A DNA stretch of 61,456 bases from a bacterium (GCA_024698685.1 JAILQZ010000012.1:1-61456); one strand, 5' to 3'. Numbered from the stretch's first letter, positions 21,038 to 31,552 are shown. Made by a program: numbers and translations. The notes: generated by a model not told the origin, from the sequence alone.

Positions 21038-23908
21038 CTAGACTACGACTGCGGGCTTGCCGCCACCCTCGACCGGGTTCTCGATGATGTCGTCGACCTC
21101 ATCCCAGAACTCCGAACCCATGTAGTAGGGATCGGGAGCGGGGACGGGCTCGCCGGCTGCGATGGCGTCGAGGCCGGCCTTGACCTTCTCCGGCTTGGCG
21201 GGGAGCTCGTAGATCCTGACGCCGCATGCATCGTCGATCGCGTTGAGGACGGCGACGTGGTCGGAGGACTGGAACATCTCGGAGCATCCGATTGAACCGT
21301 ACTCTGCGATCTCGCGATGATGGTCGAGGAACATGATCTCCATGTTGTCGGGGATGTCGGTGATCTCGGGAACTCCGCAGGCAAGCATGTTGCTATGCTT
21401 CTTGACATCGGAGTAGTCCTCGGTCAGCGCGAAGCCGATCGAGTGCGAGATTCCGCCGAAGCCCTGTCCGAGGACGGCATCGATGTTGCCGACCTTGCCG
21501 ATATCGACGGCAGCGGTGAATCCAACGACCTTGACCTTGCCCGTGGCCACCTCGACCTCGACCTCGGCCATGAAGAGCGCGTACATGTAGTGCGGCAGCG
21601 GGTTGCCCTGGCCGGTGTTGGGATCGAGCTCGCTGAGGCCCTCGATCGCGGAGTTGAGCCAGAAGCCCTCGTATGCGGTGTCGATGCCCTCGGCGACGCA
21701 CTCGTCATAGGTGCGATAGGTGCCGTCGTCCTTCTTGAGGGCCTTCATCATCGCGTTTGCCGCCTTGACGGAGGCATGCGAGTTCATGATGTGCGAACGC
21801 GAGCCTGCCGCGGGACCGGAGTCGGGGCAGAATTTGGAGTCGTTGGTGCGGATGACGACCTTGTCCGGGGTGATGCCCATGTCCTTGAGCGCCTCGGCCA
21901 CGACCATCTGGCTTCCTACCTGGCCGCCCTGGCCCATCTCCTCCCAGGTGTTGTAGACCTCGACCTTGCCATCGGGGCGCAGCTCGAGGCGGCATCCGGA
22001 ACCGTCGACCTGGCCGCCAGTGCAGGTGTAGCCGCCGAATGCGATGCCCACGCCGCGCTTCTTCTCAGGCGTGCTCTCGGCCTCGGCGCGAGCGCGCGCG
22101 GCCTCGTACTTCGGCTTCATGAGCTCGAGGAGCTCGGCATCGGTGATCTCGCGATACGGGCAGCCGGTGGTCTGGACATCGCCGAGGTGCGCGACGTTGA
22201 TCTCGCGGAACTCGAACGGGTCGATGCCGGCCTTGCGGGCGAGCATGTCGACGATCGACTCGCTGCCGGTGTAGGCCTGCGGGCAACCATAGCCGCGATA
22301 GGTGATGGTGTACGCGTGGTTGGTGGTTGCGCAGCGATTGAGGCCGGTGATCGTCGGGACCACATAGTGGAAGCCGTTGAAGATGGCCAGGCGCTGTAGG
22401 ATGCCGTTCGCGTAGGTGACGTAGGGGCCGGCGTCGATTCCGCAGTCATAGCGCAGACCGGTGATCTTTCCGTTCTCGTCGCAGCCGATAGCGTAGTTGC
22501 CGTTGTAGGGAGCGCGCTTGCCGCTGAAGTGTTGGAACTCCTCATAGCTCATCGACAGTGAGATCGGGCGACCGTCGAGGGCGATGGTCGCAACCGCCGC
22601 GAGGGCGAATCCGCAGGGGGACATGCCCCAGCCGAAGGTTCCGCCGACCGGGTTCTGAACGATGCGGACCTGATCGGGGGTCGCGCCGATGCCGGCGGAG
22701 ATCATTCCGCGGGTCTCGCCGATGCTCTGGCTCTTGCCGTGGATCGTGATCAGGCCATCGGGATCGATGTAGGCCTGCATGACGTCGCCTTCGATGGAGA
22801 GGTGCGGCTCACGCGTGGTGGAGAAGCTTCCCGATGCGGAGTAAGCGGAGCTCTCGATGATGTCATCGATGTTCTCGTAATCGCCCTTGAGAATCGGCTG
22901 GATGAGGAACTGGTTGGGGTCGTCGCCGAAGATCGGCATCGCGCCGGGGGCGACGGCCTCGACGTAGTTGTGGTACTCGGGGAGCTGCTCGAGCTCGACG
23001 GTGACCTTGGCGGCCGCTGCGCGAGCGTGCTCGTGGGTGTCGGCCGCGACCATCGCGACGACGTCGCCATAGCGATAGATGATGTCTCCAGCGAGGATGG
23101 GCTGCTTGATCGCGGTGTGCTTGTCGCGCGGATGGCCGACCGGAACGGTGAGGTCGTTGGTGCCCTTGATGTCATCGGCGGTGATTCCCTTGATGAAGCC
23201 GGGCATCTTCTCGGCCTCGGAGAAGTCGATCGAGAGGACCTTGGCGTGGAACGCCTTGCGAGGCTGGACGAGCGCGATGTAGATGGTCTCCTCGGGCATC
23301 TTCAGCGCGATGTCGTCGCCGTAGTCGCACAGGCCGGTGACCTTGGCCAGCGCATCGGGCCTCGGGATGGCGGAGCCGTAGAACTCGCCCTCGGGGGCCT
23401 TGTAGGTGATGTCGTCCATCGTCTTCTCGCCGCGCATGACCGCAGCCGCCTCCATGACGGCGTCGACGATCTGCTTGTAGCCAGTGCAGCGGCAGATGTT
23501 GCGGTGGGCCTTGAACCAGGCGCGCACCTCCTCACGCGTGGGCGAGGGGTTCTCCTGGAGCAGCTGATATGCCGAGACGATGAAGCCGGGGGTGCAGAAT
23601 CCGCACTGGACCGCGCCGCAGAAGATCCATGCCTGCTGCAGCGGATGCAGGTGCTGCGGGGTTCCGATTCCCTCGATCGTCGTGACCTCGCTGTACTCCG
23701 GGATAGCCTTGAGCTTGCGGGTGCAAGAGCGGACCACCTTGCCGTTGAGGATGACCGAGCAGGAGCCGCACACGCCGGTGCCGCAGCCTACCTTGACACC
23801 GGTCAACCCCAGGCGACGAAGCGCCGTGGAGAGGGTGTCCTTCTCGAGGTCGACGATCATCATGCGCTCGACGCCGTTGACCTTGAGCCAATACCTGTTG
23901 ATCTGCAT
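21038..23908 (-). CDS. Molybdopterin-dependent aldehyde oxidoreductase (Mop/xanthine oxidase family), paralog 1
   Basis: 2Fe-2S motifs GCGTGVCGSC..C and QCGFCTPG..CRCTGY; Mo domain GGTFG, YRGYG, AAGSR, GCSE; AAGGAGG RBS. Confidence 0.93.
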   Translation of the reverse strand: MQINRYWLKVNGVERMMIVDLEKDTLSTALRRLGLTGVKVGCGTGVCGSCSVILNGKVVRSCTRKLKAIPEYSEVTTIEGIGTPQHLHPLQQAWIFCGAVQCGFCTPGFIVSAYQLLQENPSPTREEVRAWFKAHRNICRCTGYKQIVDAVMEAAAVMRGEKTMDDITYKAPEGEFYGSAIPRPDALAKVTGLCDYGDDIALKMPEETIYIALVQPRKAFHAKVLSIDFSEAEKMPGFIKGITADDIKGTNDLTVPVGHPRDKHTAIKQPILAGDIIYRYGDVVAMVAADTHEHARAAAAKVTVELEQLPEYHNYVEAVAPGAMPIFGDDPNQFLIQPILKGDYENIDDIIESSAYSASGSFSTTREPHLSIEGDVMQAYIDPDGLITIHGKSQSIGETRGMISAGIGATPDQVRIVQNPVGGTFGWGMSPCGFALAAVATIALDGRPISLSMSYEEFQHFSGKRAPYNGNYAIGCDENGKITGLRYDCGIDAGPYVTYANGILQRLAIFNGFHYVVPTITGLNRCATTNHAYTITYRGYGCPQAYTGSESIVDMLARKAGIDPFEFREINVAHLGDVQTTGCPYREITDAELLELMKPKYEAARARAEAESTPEKKRGVGIAFGGYTCTGGQVDGSGCRLELRPDGKVEVYNTWEEMGQGGQVGSQMVVAEALKDMGITPDKVVIRTNDSKFCPDSGPAAGSRSHIMNSHASVKAANAMMKALKKDDGTYRTYDECVAEGIDTAYEGFWLNSAIEGLSELDPNTGQGNPLPHYMYALFMAEVEVEVATGKVKVVGFTAAVDIGKVGNIDAVLGQGFGGISHSIGFALTEDYSDVKKHSNMLACGVPEITDIPDNMEIMFLDHHREIAEYGSIGCSEMFQSSDHVAVLNAIDDACGVRIYELPAKPEKVKAGLDAIAAGEPVPAPDPYYMGSEFWDEVDDIIENPVEGGGKPAVVV

Positions 23909-24140
23909 AGAGTACCTCCTTCGTTCCCTTCCCAAACACCAGAGCCATTATCTTCGATACTGCGAAACGCGCTGCAAACTCTGCGATTCGCCAGAAACTA
24001 GACCAATCGGTGCATACATAATCCAATTCTATAACAGGTGAGGTTGCGTTTTGGTGCACATGAGCGCTTTTGCTTGGAAAAAATCATCCTATTTTGAGAT
24101 GCATTCGGAGGGGTTCGGCAGTTGCGGAAGCGCGGCCGAG

Positions 24141-24266
24141 CGCACCCTTGCTCGCTTGGATGAAATCGCAAAGATTTTGGATACGGACCCGCTGGATTGT
24201 GAGACAATGGTAAGGCTGGCCAAGACGATGGACCAGCCAAGAAAGCAAACCAGGGAGGTATCTTAA
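24141..24266 (+). pseudogene. Possible 3' remnant of a PucR/AdeR-type regulator
   Basis: RTLARLDEIAKILDTDPLDCETMVRL resembles the PucR C-terminal HTH end; stop abuts ald ATG. Confidence 0.25.
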
Positions 24267-25388
24267 ATGCGTATCGGATGTCCAACAGAAATCAAGTCGC
24301 AGGAATGCCGCGTGGGTGTCACGCCGGCCATGACGCATGCGTTTGCCGGAGCTGGCCACGAGGTCTTCATCCAGGCCGGAGCTGGTGTTGCCAGCGGCTT
24401 TTCAGATGAGGCCTATGCCAGCGCGGGAGCAACGATCCTGGCAACGGCTAAGGAAGTGTTCGACGCCTCGGATATGATCATCAAGGTCAAGGAGCCGCTG
24501 GAGTCGGAGTACGAGCTCTTCCATAAGGATCAGATCCTGTTCACGTATCTGCACCTTGCTCCAGACAGAAAGCAGACCGAGGCCCTTCTCAAGGCTGGCG
24601 TCATCGGAATCGCCTACGAGACCGTGCAGCTTGCCAACGGAGCCCTGCCTCTGCTCTCCTGCATGAGCGAGATCGCCGGTCGCATGGCGGTCCAGGTTGG
24701 CGCGCATCTTCTCGAGGCCACCTGCGGCGGCAGCGGAATCCTGCTCGGCGGCGTTTCCGGCGTCAAGTGCGGCCATGTGGTCATCATCGGCGGCGGCGTG
24801 GTTGGAACCAGCGCAGTGAAGATCGCCGTTGGCATGGGAGCTCGCGTGACGGTGCTGGACAACTCTGCGGCCCGTCTGCTCTACCTCACCGACATCTTCG
24901 GCAGCCGCATCCAGACCCTCATGAGCAACTCCTACAACATCGCCGAGGCTGTCAAGGAAGCGGACGTCGTGATCTCCTCGGTGCTGGTGCCCGGCGGAAA
25001 GACGCCCAAGCTGGTGACGGACGATATGGTCCATACCATGAAGCCCGGCTCGGTTCTGATCGACGTCGCTATCGACCAGGGCGGTGCCATCCCCTTCATC
25101 GACCGCATCACCACCCATGCGGATCCGTATTTCATCAAGGACGGATACGTCTGCTATAGCGTTGCGAACATGCCCGGCGCGGTGCCCCACACCTCCACCC
25201 TGGCGCTGACCAACGTGACGCTGCCCTATGCCCTCAAGATCGCCAACCTGGGAGCCGAGGAGGCCCTCAAGGCGGATCCGGCCCTCAAGGCGGGACTGAA
25301 CGTCTACAAGGGATTCATCACCTACGACGGCGTGAAGGAGGCCTTCCCCGACCTGCCCTTCAAGAGCGCTGACGAGGTGCTGGCCTAA
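24267..25388 (+). CDS. ald: Alanine dehydrogenase
   Basis: [47 protein letters not shown]. Confidence 0.96.
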   Translation: MRIGCPTEIKSQECRVGVTPAMTHAFAGAGHEVFIQAGAGVASGFSDEAYASAGATILATAKEVFDASDMIIKVKEPLESEYELFHKDQILFTYLHLAPDRKQTEALLKAGVIGIAYETVQLANGALPLLSCMSEIAGRMAVQVGAHLLEATCGGSGILLGGVSGVKCGHVVIIGGGVVGTSAVKIAVGMGARVTVLDNSAARLLYLTDIFGSRIQTLMSNSYNIAEAVKEADVVISSVLVPGGKTPKLVTDDMVHTMKPGSVLIDVAIDQGGAIPFIDRITTHADPYFIKDGYVCYSVANMPGAVPHTSTLALTNVTLPYALKIANLGAEEALKADPALKAGLNVYKGFITYDGVKEAFPDLPFKSADEVLA

Positions 25389-25487
25389 AGCTTGCCGAGC
25401 GCTAAGCGCTCCATATGAAGAAGCGGGAGGCACGCCCAGCGGCGTGCCTCCCTTGTGTTGCAGGTTGGTGCCCTGGTTGTCGGACTG

Positions 25488-26003
25488 CTACTCCTCTGCG
25501 AGAGCCGTGGGTGCGCTGTAGACGCGAGCAGCATACTCCTTGTCGAGGTCGTAGAGGGCCTTGGCGTCGCCGCCGAAGAGCTTCATGTTCGAGATCATGT
25601 CGCTCGCGTTGGACTCCTCCTCGAGCTGCTCGTCGATAAACCAGCTGAGGAAGCTCTTGGTGCGATAGTCGTTGGCCGCCTCGGCCGCAGCGTAGATGTC
25701 GTTGATGAGGCTCGTGACATAGCGCTCATGCTCCAGAGCCGCCTCGAGGGGCTGGAGGAAGTCGGTGAAGGTCTTGTCGGGCTTGTCGATTGCGCCGAGG
25801 ACGATGGGGCAGTCGTTGTCGAGCAGGTACTTGCGGATGATGAGGGCGTGGTCACGCTCCTCCTGCGCCTGGATCGTGTACCAGTTCGCAAAGCCTTTGA
25901 GCCCCTCGATCTCGTAGTAGTCCGCGAAGGAGAGGTAGAGGTATCCGGAGTAGAGCTCCTTGTTGATCTGGTCGTTGAGAAGTTCGTAAACCTTTTTGTC
26001 CAT
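25488..26003 (-). CDS. ftnA: Non-heme ferritin
   Basis: QINKELYSGYLY, QAQEERDH, ALEHE..VT..I, WFIDEQLEEE. Confidence 0.93.
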   Translation of the reverse strand: MDKKVYELLNDQINKELYSGYLYLSFADYYEIEGLKGFANWYTIQAQEERDHALIIRKYLLDNDCPIVLGAIDKPDKTFTDFLQPLEAALEHERYVTSLINDIYAAAEAANDYRTKSFLSWFIDEQLEEESNASDMISNMKLFGGDAKALYDLDKEYAARVYSAPTALAEE

Positions 26004-26036
26004 TTTTCGCTCCTAACTGCGCCGCAGCGCTGTAGC

Positions 26037-26063
26037 TTGGCTTATGTGTACATCATAAGCCAA
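26037..26063. promoter_or_regulatory. Perfect inverted repeat upstream of ferritin, operator candidate
   Basis: TTGGCTTATG-N7-CATAAGCCAA, ending 33 bp before the ATG. Confidence 0.55.
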
Positions 26064-26110
26064 CTGCAAGGGGAATGGCGTGATATATACGGGAGGGGAG
26101 GAGCGGTGCC

Positions 26111-26755
26111 TCATGCATCGAGAAAGGCCAGCTTCTCCGCGCCGACTCCGATCAGCGCGCGGCCGTTGCTCAGCTCGTGGATCCGCGCGCAGACGAGCTC
26201 GCACTCGGATGCGGCGACGCGCAGTTCGAGGGTGACGATGTCGGTGAAGATGGTCTCCAGAACCTGCACGCCCCAACCTTCGAGCTGGGCGCGAAGCGGC
26301 TCGTATGCCGGGTATTCGATGCTGACCTCGATGTCGTTGCAAGGGACGCGCACCACGATGTGCGCCTCGGCAACCGCCAGCTGGGCGGCCTTCGTGTAGG
26401 CGCGCATGAGCCCGCCCTTGCCCAGCAGCGTGCCTCCGAAGACGCGCGCGACGACGCAGACCACGTCCTCGAGCTCGTGCCCCTTGAGGACGTTGAGTAC
26501 GGGCAGCCCCGCGGTGCCGTGCGGTTCCTTGGCGTCGGAGTAGTGCTCGAGTGCGGGCTCGCGCAGGATGTAGGCGGAGACGTAGTGGCGCGCCTCGGGA
26601 ACCTGCTCCATCACGGAATGCCGCAGCTCGATGGCCTCGCTCTCGCTTTCGACGTGCGCGACGTGGCCGTAGAAGACGCTCTTGCGGTCTTCGAATTCGG
26701 AGATGGCGACTGTGCCGGCTTCGACGGTGCGCAGCGGCTTAAGCGGAATCGGCAT
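26111..26755 (-). CDS. YigZ/IMPACT family protein
   Basis: KSVF, ARH..AY, EPHGTAG.P, R.FGGTLLG.GGL.RAY. Confidence 0.92.
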   Translation of the reverse strand: MPIPLKPLRTVEAGTVAISEFEDRKSVFYGHVAHVESESEAIELRHSVMEQVPEARHYVSAYILREPALEHYSDAKEPHGTAGLPVLNVLKGHELEDVVCVVARVFGGTLLGKGGLMRAYTKAAQLAVAEAHIVVRVPCNDIEVSIEYPAYEPLRAQLEGWGVQVLETIFTDIVTLELRVAASECELVCARIHELSNGRALIGVGAEKLAFLDA

Positions 26756-26782
26756 GGCGGCGAGGATAGATCGGCTAGGGCG

Positions 26783-27202
26783 CTACGGGCGGTAGATTGC
26801 GCAGTTGTTCGGCGTCTCGTACATCTCGATCTGCGAGACGGGATAGCCCTTGTCCGCGAGGCGCTCGAAGAAGTACTTCGCGAGGTTCTCCGAGGTGGTG
26901 CGGAAGGGGACGAAGTAGAGGCGGAAGCTCTCGCCCTCGAGCGCAGCGACCGTCTCCGGTGCGAGCGAACCCTCCTCGACGATGAAGGTGTGGTCGAGCT
27001 CGAGGGCCAGCGCGCGCACGTCGCGCTTGAATACGGTGAAGTCGACGACCATGTCCTTCATCGTGCCGCTTTCCTGCAGTTGGTCAACCTCGATGTAGGC
27101 GACGACGCGCCAACGATGGCCGTGGAGGTTCTCGCACTTGCCGTCGTAGTCGGTGAGGAAATGGGCCGAATCGAACGCGCTCTCGGTCTTCAGGCTATAC
27201 AT
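26783..27202 (-). CDS. queD: 6-carboxytetrahydropterin / 6-pyruvoyltetrahydropterin synthase family
   Basis: FDSAHFL, CENLHGH, DF..K, LDH, TSENLA, ETP. Confidence 0.85.
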   Translation of the reverse strand: MYSLKTESAFDSAHFLTDYDGKCENLHGHRWRVVAYIEVDQLQESGTMKDMVVDFTVFKRDVRALALELDHTFIVEEGSLAPETVAALEGESFRLYFVPFRTTSENLAKYFFERLADKGYPVSQIEMYETPNNCAIYRP

Positions 27203-28463
27203 TGGCATCTCCCTCGCTCAGGGGGTTGACTGCTTCGTCGGCTTTTCGCGCCGCTTCGATGTTACCCATAATCTTACGCCTTAGCAGCAAGAACACAATG
27301 AGCGAGATTGCGACGAAGCCCGCGAGGATCAGGTACATCGCGGAGTAGGCGCCGGCTTCGCTGGTGCCGATGCCGAGGAAGGCCTGGACTATCGCGCCTG
27401 CTGCGAACGGTCCGACGAATTGCGCGGCGTTGAATAGCAGGAAGAAGGTGTTGCCCGCAGTTCCGCTATGATCGCGCGTCTCGCTCTGGATGCACATCGC
27501 CTGGATTAGCGGCAGGCACGCGCCGTAGCCGCACGCGGAGACCACTGCAGCGCAGAGGAAGTGCCACAGCTGCGTGGACATCGAGATGACCACGAGCGCG
27601 CAGATGAAGAAGCATAGCCCCAGGATGACGATCTTCGGATAGCCCACGCGCTCGGCCAGCTTGCCGTATATCGGCCGTGTGGCGAGCAGCATTCCCGCGG
27701 CTATCGTGAAGTATGCGCCGATGCCTGCGACACCGAGGAGGTTGCCGTAGATCGCGAGCAACGAGATGATGCAGGCGTTGGCTGCCGAGAGCATGAAGAC
27801 GACGATCGCCGGGGGCAGCGACCTCGCCGAGATGATGCGGCTGAATGAGAAGCGGTAGGGAATGCGCGGCGACTGCTTAGGCTCCTTGGTGGCGAAGGCG
27901 AGGATGATGCCGAGCGCCATGAAGCAGGCGCAGACGCGGAAGGTGCCAGGATAGCCGATCGCGCCGATGATGAAGATGGCTGCAGCCGGGCCGAGCGCCT
28001 CTGCGAGCGCCTGTCCGAGCGAGAAGACGCTGATCCCCATGCCCACCTTGCCCTGCGGCAGGATCTCGCTGACCAGCGCGAGCGCAACAGGGCCCGTCAC
28101 CCCCATCGCGCAACCGTGCAGCATCCTGATGACGATCAGCCCGACCACCGAGTGGACGAAGCTGTAGGAGATGACGAGCACGCCGATGAAGGCTATGAAT
28201 CCCGCGAAGATCTTCTTTTTGGAGAAGCTGTCGAACGCAGGGGAAGCGAGCGGCCCGAAGATGATCGCGGTGATCGCGAAGGAGCCGGCGACGAAGCCGA
28301 TCAGCGTCGCCGACGCTCCGAGAGCCTTCGAGTAGAGCGGCAGCGTCGTGATGATCATCAGCTGCGAGAAGAGGTTGCAGAAGTTGGAGAGCGTAAGCGT
28401 GATGAAGGACCCGCTCCAGATGGTGCCGGAGCGGGTCCCTCGGCTTTGAGAGTTACGTGACAT
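27195..28463 (-). CDS. MFS transporter
   Basis: About 12 hydrophobic segments, IRMLHG, GKLAERVG loop; stop overlaps queD start. Confidence 0.88.
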   Translation of the reverse strand: MSRNSQSRGTRSGTIWSGSFITLTLSNFCNLFSQLMIITTLPLYSKALGASATLIGFVAGSFAITAIIFGPLASPAFDSFSKKKIFAGFIAFIGVLVISYSFVHSVVGLIVIRMLHGCAMGVTGPVALALVSEILPQGKVGMGISVFSLGQALAEALGPAAAIFIIGAIGYPGTFRVCACFMALGIILAFATKEPKQSPRIPYRFSFSRIISARSLPPAIVVFMLSAANACIISLLAIYGNLLGVAGIGAYFTIAAGMLLATRPIYGKLAERVGYPKIVILGLCFFICALVVISMSTQLWHFLCAAVVSACGYGACLPLIQAMCIQSETRDHSGTAGNTFFLLFNAAQFVGPFAAGAIVQAFLGIGTSEAGAYSAMYLILAGFVAISLIVFLLLRRKIMGNIEAARKADEAVNPLSEGDANV

Positions 28464-28496
28464 GTGCGGCCTTTGACGGGCAGGAAGGGGCAAGCG

Positions 28497-30188
28497 CTAG
28501 GCTTGCGACTCCTCCAATGCGCCTGTCGCAATGGCCTCGGCCTCAGCGGGCGCTTCGGCCTCGATGGCAGCTTCGGCCTCGGCGGGCTCTGCGGGCACGT
28601 ACGGATAGGTCTCGTTGTCGACGATGTAGTCGTCATCCATGTAGTGCTCGAATAGCTCGACGACGTCATCCGAAGGCGGCTTGGTGATCAGGCTGACGAC
28701 CACATTGACGATGAGCGCGAGCAGGAACGCGGGCAGCAGCTCGTAGATGTTGAAGATTCCGCCGTAGGCAGACTGCAGTGCGTTCCAGATGACGACGGTC
28801 GCGCCACCGGTGACCATGCCGCCGATGGCTCCAGCCATGTTGGCCCTCTTCCAGAAGAGGGAGAGGAGCATTACCGGGCCGAACGCGGCGCCGAAGCCAG
28901 CCCATGCATAGGAGACGATGTTGAAGATGTTCGAGTTCTGGTCGCGCGCGATGAACATTCCGAAGAGCAGCACCGCGACGAGAGCGCAGCGGGAGACGAA
29001 CATGACGGTGCGGTCGGAGGCGTCCTTCTTGATGACGCCCTTGAAGAGGTCGTTGGCGATCGAGCTGCCGACGATCAGCATGTAGGAGTCGGAGGAGCTC
29101 ATCGTCGCTGCGAAGATTCCGGAGACGACGACGCCGGTGACGACTGCCGGGAGGATCATCTTGGAGAGGACGACGAAGATGGTCTCGGCGCTGGATGCGG
29201 TGAGCAGCGTCGTCGGGATGATGGCGCGGCCGATGAGACCGATCAGGACCGCCGCGGCCAGGGAGATGATGACCCAGACGACCGCGATGCGGCGGGAGCG
29301 CTTGATGCTCTCGGGCTTCTCGATGCCCATGAAGCGGACGAGGACCTGCGGGACGCCGAAGTAGCCGAGACCCCAGGACATCGTGGAGATGATGGTGATG
29401 AAGCCGTAGCTAGCGGGCTCGCCGAAGAGCGGAGCGCCGTTCTGGACGACTTGGGTCACTCCGTCGGCGCCGAGGACAGGCGTTGCCATCGAGGTTGCGG
29501 AGAGGAATCCGGGGATGTCCTTGAGGAAGGCCACGGTGTTCTCGACCCCACCGGCTGCGGTGATCGAGCCGATGAAGATCACGAGGATGGCGACGATCAT
29601 CAGCAGGCCCTGGATGAGGTCGGTGGTGCAGACGGAGAGGTATCCGCCGGCGAAGGTGTAGATGAAGACGAGCAGCGCGCCGATAACCATCATCGTCCCG
29701 TAGTTCAGGTCGAACAGCGAGGCGAAGAGCTTGCCGCAGGTGGCGAAGCAGCTGCCGACGTAGACGCAGAAGAAGAGGAGGATGACGAGAGCCGCGATCG
29801 TCTTGATGATGCCCTTCGTGTCGCCGAAGCGGTTGGCGAAGAAGCTCGGGATGGTGATCGCGTTGTTGGCCTTCTGCGAGTACTTGCGCAGCCTCTTGGC
29901 CACGAAGAGCCAGTTGAGGTAGGTTCCGATGGCCAGTCCGATGGCGGTCCACATCGCATCGGACGCACCGCAGAAGTATGCGACGCCCGGCAGGCCCATC
30001 AGCAGCCATCCGCTCATGTCCGACGCCTCGGCCGAAAGCGCGGTTGCCCAGACGCCGATCTTGCGCCCTCCGAGGAAGTAGTTCTCGGAAGACTCGTTCG
30101 AACGCCTGGCGAAGTAGAATCCGATGATCAGGATCACGACGATGTAAATGCCCATCACGGCAAGCGTGATCATATCTCCATGACTCAT
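28497..30188 (-). CDS. putP: Sodium/proline symporter (SSS family)
   Basis: YFLGGR, ALSAEASDMSGWLLMGLPG, WGLGYFG.PQ.LVRFM, YAWAGFGAAFGP. Confidence 0.88.
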   Translation of the reverse strand: MSHGDMITLAVMGIYIVVILIIGFYFARRSNESSENYFLGGRKIGVWATALSAEASDMSGWLLMGLPGVAYFCGASDAMWTAIGLAIGTYLNWLFVAKRLRKYSQKANNAITIPSFFANRFGDTKGIIKTIAALVILLFFCVYVGSCFATCGKLFASLFDLNYGTMMVIGALLVFIYTFAGGYLSVCTTDLIQGLLMIVAILVIFIGSITAAGGVENTVAFLKDIPGFLSATSMATPVLGADGVTQVVQNGAPLFGEPASYGFITIISTMSWGLGYFGVPQVLVRFMGIEKPESIKRSRRIAVVWVIISLAAAVLIGLIGRAIIPTTLLTASSAETIFVVLSKMILPAVVTGVVVSGIFAATMSSSDSYMLIVGSSIANDLFKGVIKKDASDRTVMFVSRCALVAVLLFGMFIARDQNSNIFNIVSYAWAGFGAAFGPVMLLSLFWKRANMAGAIGGMVTGGATVVIWNALQSAYGGIFNIYELLPAFLLALIVNVVVSLITKPPSDDVVELFEHYMDDDYIVDNETYPYVPAEPAEAEAAIEAEAPAEAEAIATGALEESQA

Positions 30189-30274
30189 GATTCCTCCCAA
30201 GATCGAGCAATATCGAAGAAAATCAATAAAGATGTAGCAGCTATTCTATTGGATGAATGAGATTCTGTCCCGAT

Positions 30275-31531
30275 TTACTGGAAATACGGCCTGTATAAGT
30301 CGGTATGGCTCTTCGGGTCGTCGGGAAATAGAAGTGCATAAAGCTCGATGAAATAGTCATCGGTCATCGATGCGATGTAATCGACCACTATGTCATCGTG
30401 CGATTCCTGCGCATATTTGGGGTTGCGCGTCGACATGAACCAGGCGTTCATGTGCTCGGTGAAGATAGGCGATTCCTCGCGTCCGGCATCGAGGTCGTCG
30501 AGCAGCTTGTGGTAGAGCTCGCGCATCATCGGGAAGACGAATCGACGCAGCTTGCCCTCGCCCTCCTGGTCATACATGTAGATGGTCTCGTTGTTGAGGG
30601 CCTTCAGCCTGCGGATCTCGTCGGAGACCTCGACATCCATCGCGATGCGGTCGCACCCGATGCTGTTCTTGATGATGTTGAAGGTCGCGTTCTGGATCAG
30701 CATGCTGTTGTTGGAGCCCAGGAAGCTGTCGAGGTAGTACTCGCCCTTCGAGATGATTCCCACGTTGAGCGCATCCTGACGGTCCTTGCCGAGGTAGGCG
30801 AGGATGTCGCAGATGCGCACCACGCAGCCTTCGAGCGTGCTCGGGCGTAAAAACGAGCTGCGGCCGTTTTCGACGTAGCACGACTCCATGAGCTCGTCGA
30901 GCGCGTCGAAGCCATCGCAAGGCGAGGTGGTGTATTCTGCGAAGTTGTTCTCGCCGCAGTGGCAGAGGATTCCGTTGTAGGTCTGCAGCGAGAGGTTGCA
31001 GGGGGAGACGGTGCGCAGCGCGCGCACGCTGTGGACGTTGTGGTTGAAGTAGCGCCCGGTGCGCTCGTGGTAGATCTCGCTGAGGAAATGCTCGCCGGCG
31101 TGGCCGAAGGGGGTGTGCCCGGCATCGTGACCGAGCGCGATAGCCTCGATGAGAGCCCCGTTGAGCCGCAGCGCCTCGCCGATCTTGCGTGCGGTTTGCG
31201 CGACGAGCTGCACATGGAAGCCGCGCCGCGAGATGTCGTCGTCGCGGAAGAGCGAGAATACCTGCGTCTTATCGTTTCCCCTGTTGAAGAAGGGGTTGTT
31301 GATGATGCGGTCGACATCGGCCCTGAAGGACGGGCGGATGAACTCGAGGCCATCTGCGGCAACCTTGGATGGCTGCTCGTAGATGGCCTCTTCGTCTCTT
31401 GTGGCGAAGGTGGATAGGCGCGACTGCTTGGCTCGATAGTTCGACTCGATGAAGTCGATCTGGTCTTGGGTCAGCGTGAAGAAAGCCTCCTTGGCCTCCT
31501 GCTGCCTTGCCCTCTTGCCGTTGTCTGCCAT
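30275..31531 (-). CDS. HD-domain dNTP triphosphohydrolase (dGTPase-like)
   Basis: KTQVF, H..LVAQ, ALGHDAGHTPFGHAGE, HNVHSVR, DYIASMTDDY. Confidence 0.88.
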   Translation of the reverse strand: MADNGKRARQQEAKEAFFTLTQDQIDFIESNYRAKQSRLSTFATRDEEAIYEQPSKVAADGLEFIRPSFRADVDRIINNPFFNRGNDKTQVFSLFRDDDISRRGFHVQLVAQTARKIGEALRLNGALIEAIALGHDAGHTPFGHAGEHFLSEIYHERTGRYFNHNVHSVRALRTVSPCNLSLQTYNGILCHCGENNFAEYTTSPCDGFDALDELMESCYVENGRSSFLRPSTLEGCVVRICDILAYLGKDRQDALNVGIISKGEYYLDSFLGSNNSMLIQNATFNIIKNSIGCDRIAMDVEVSDEIRRLKALNNETIYMYDQEGEGKLRRFVFPMMRELYHKLLDDLDAGREESPIFTEHMNAWFMSTRNPKYAQESHDDIVVDYIASMTDDYFIELYALLFPDDPKSHTDLYRPYFQ

Positions 31532-31552
31532 GCGCCCCGATCCCCGCGCTTC

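Noticed and set aside
28497-28600. AEAEA-type repeats at the putP C-terminus
   Set aside because: Low-complexity acidic protein tail, not a DNA repeat array.
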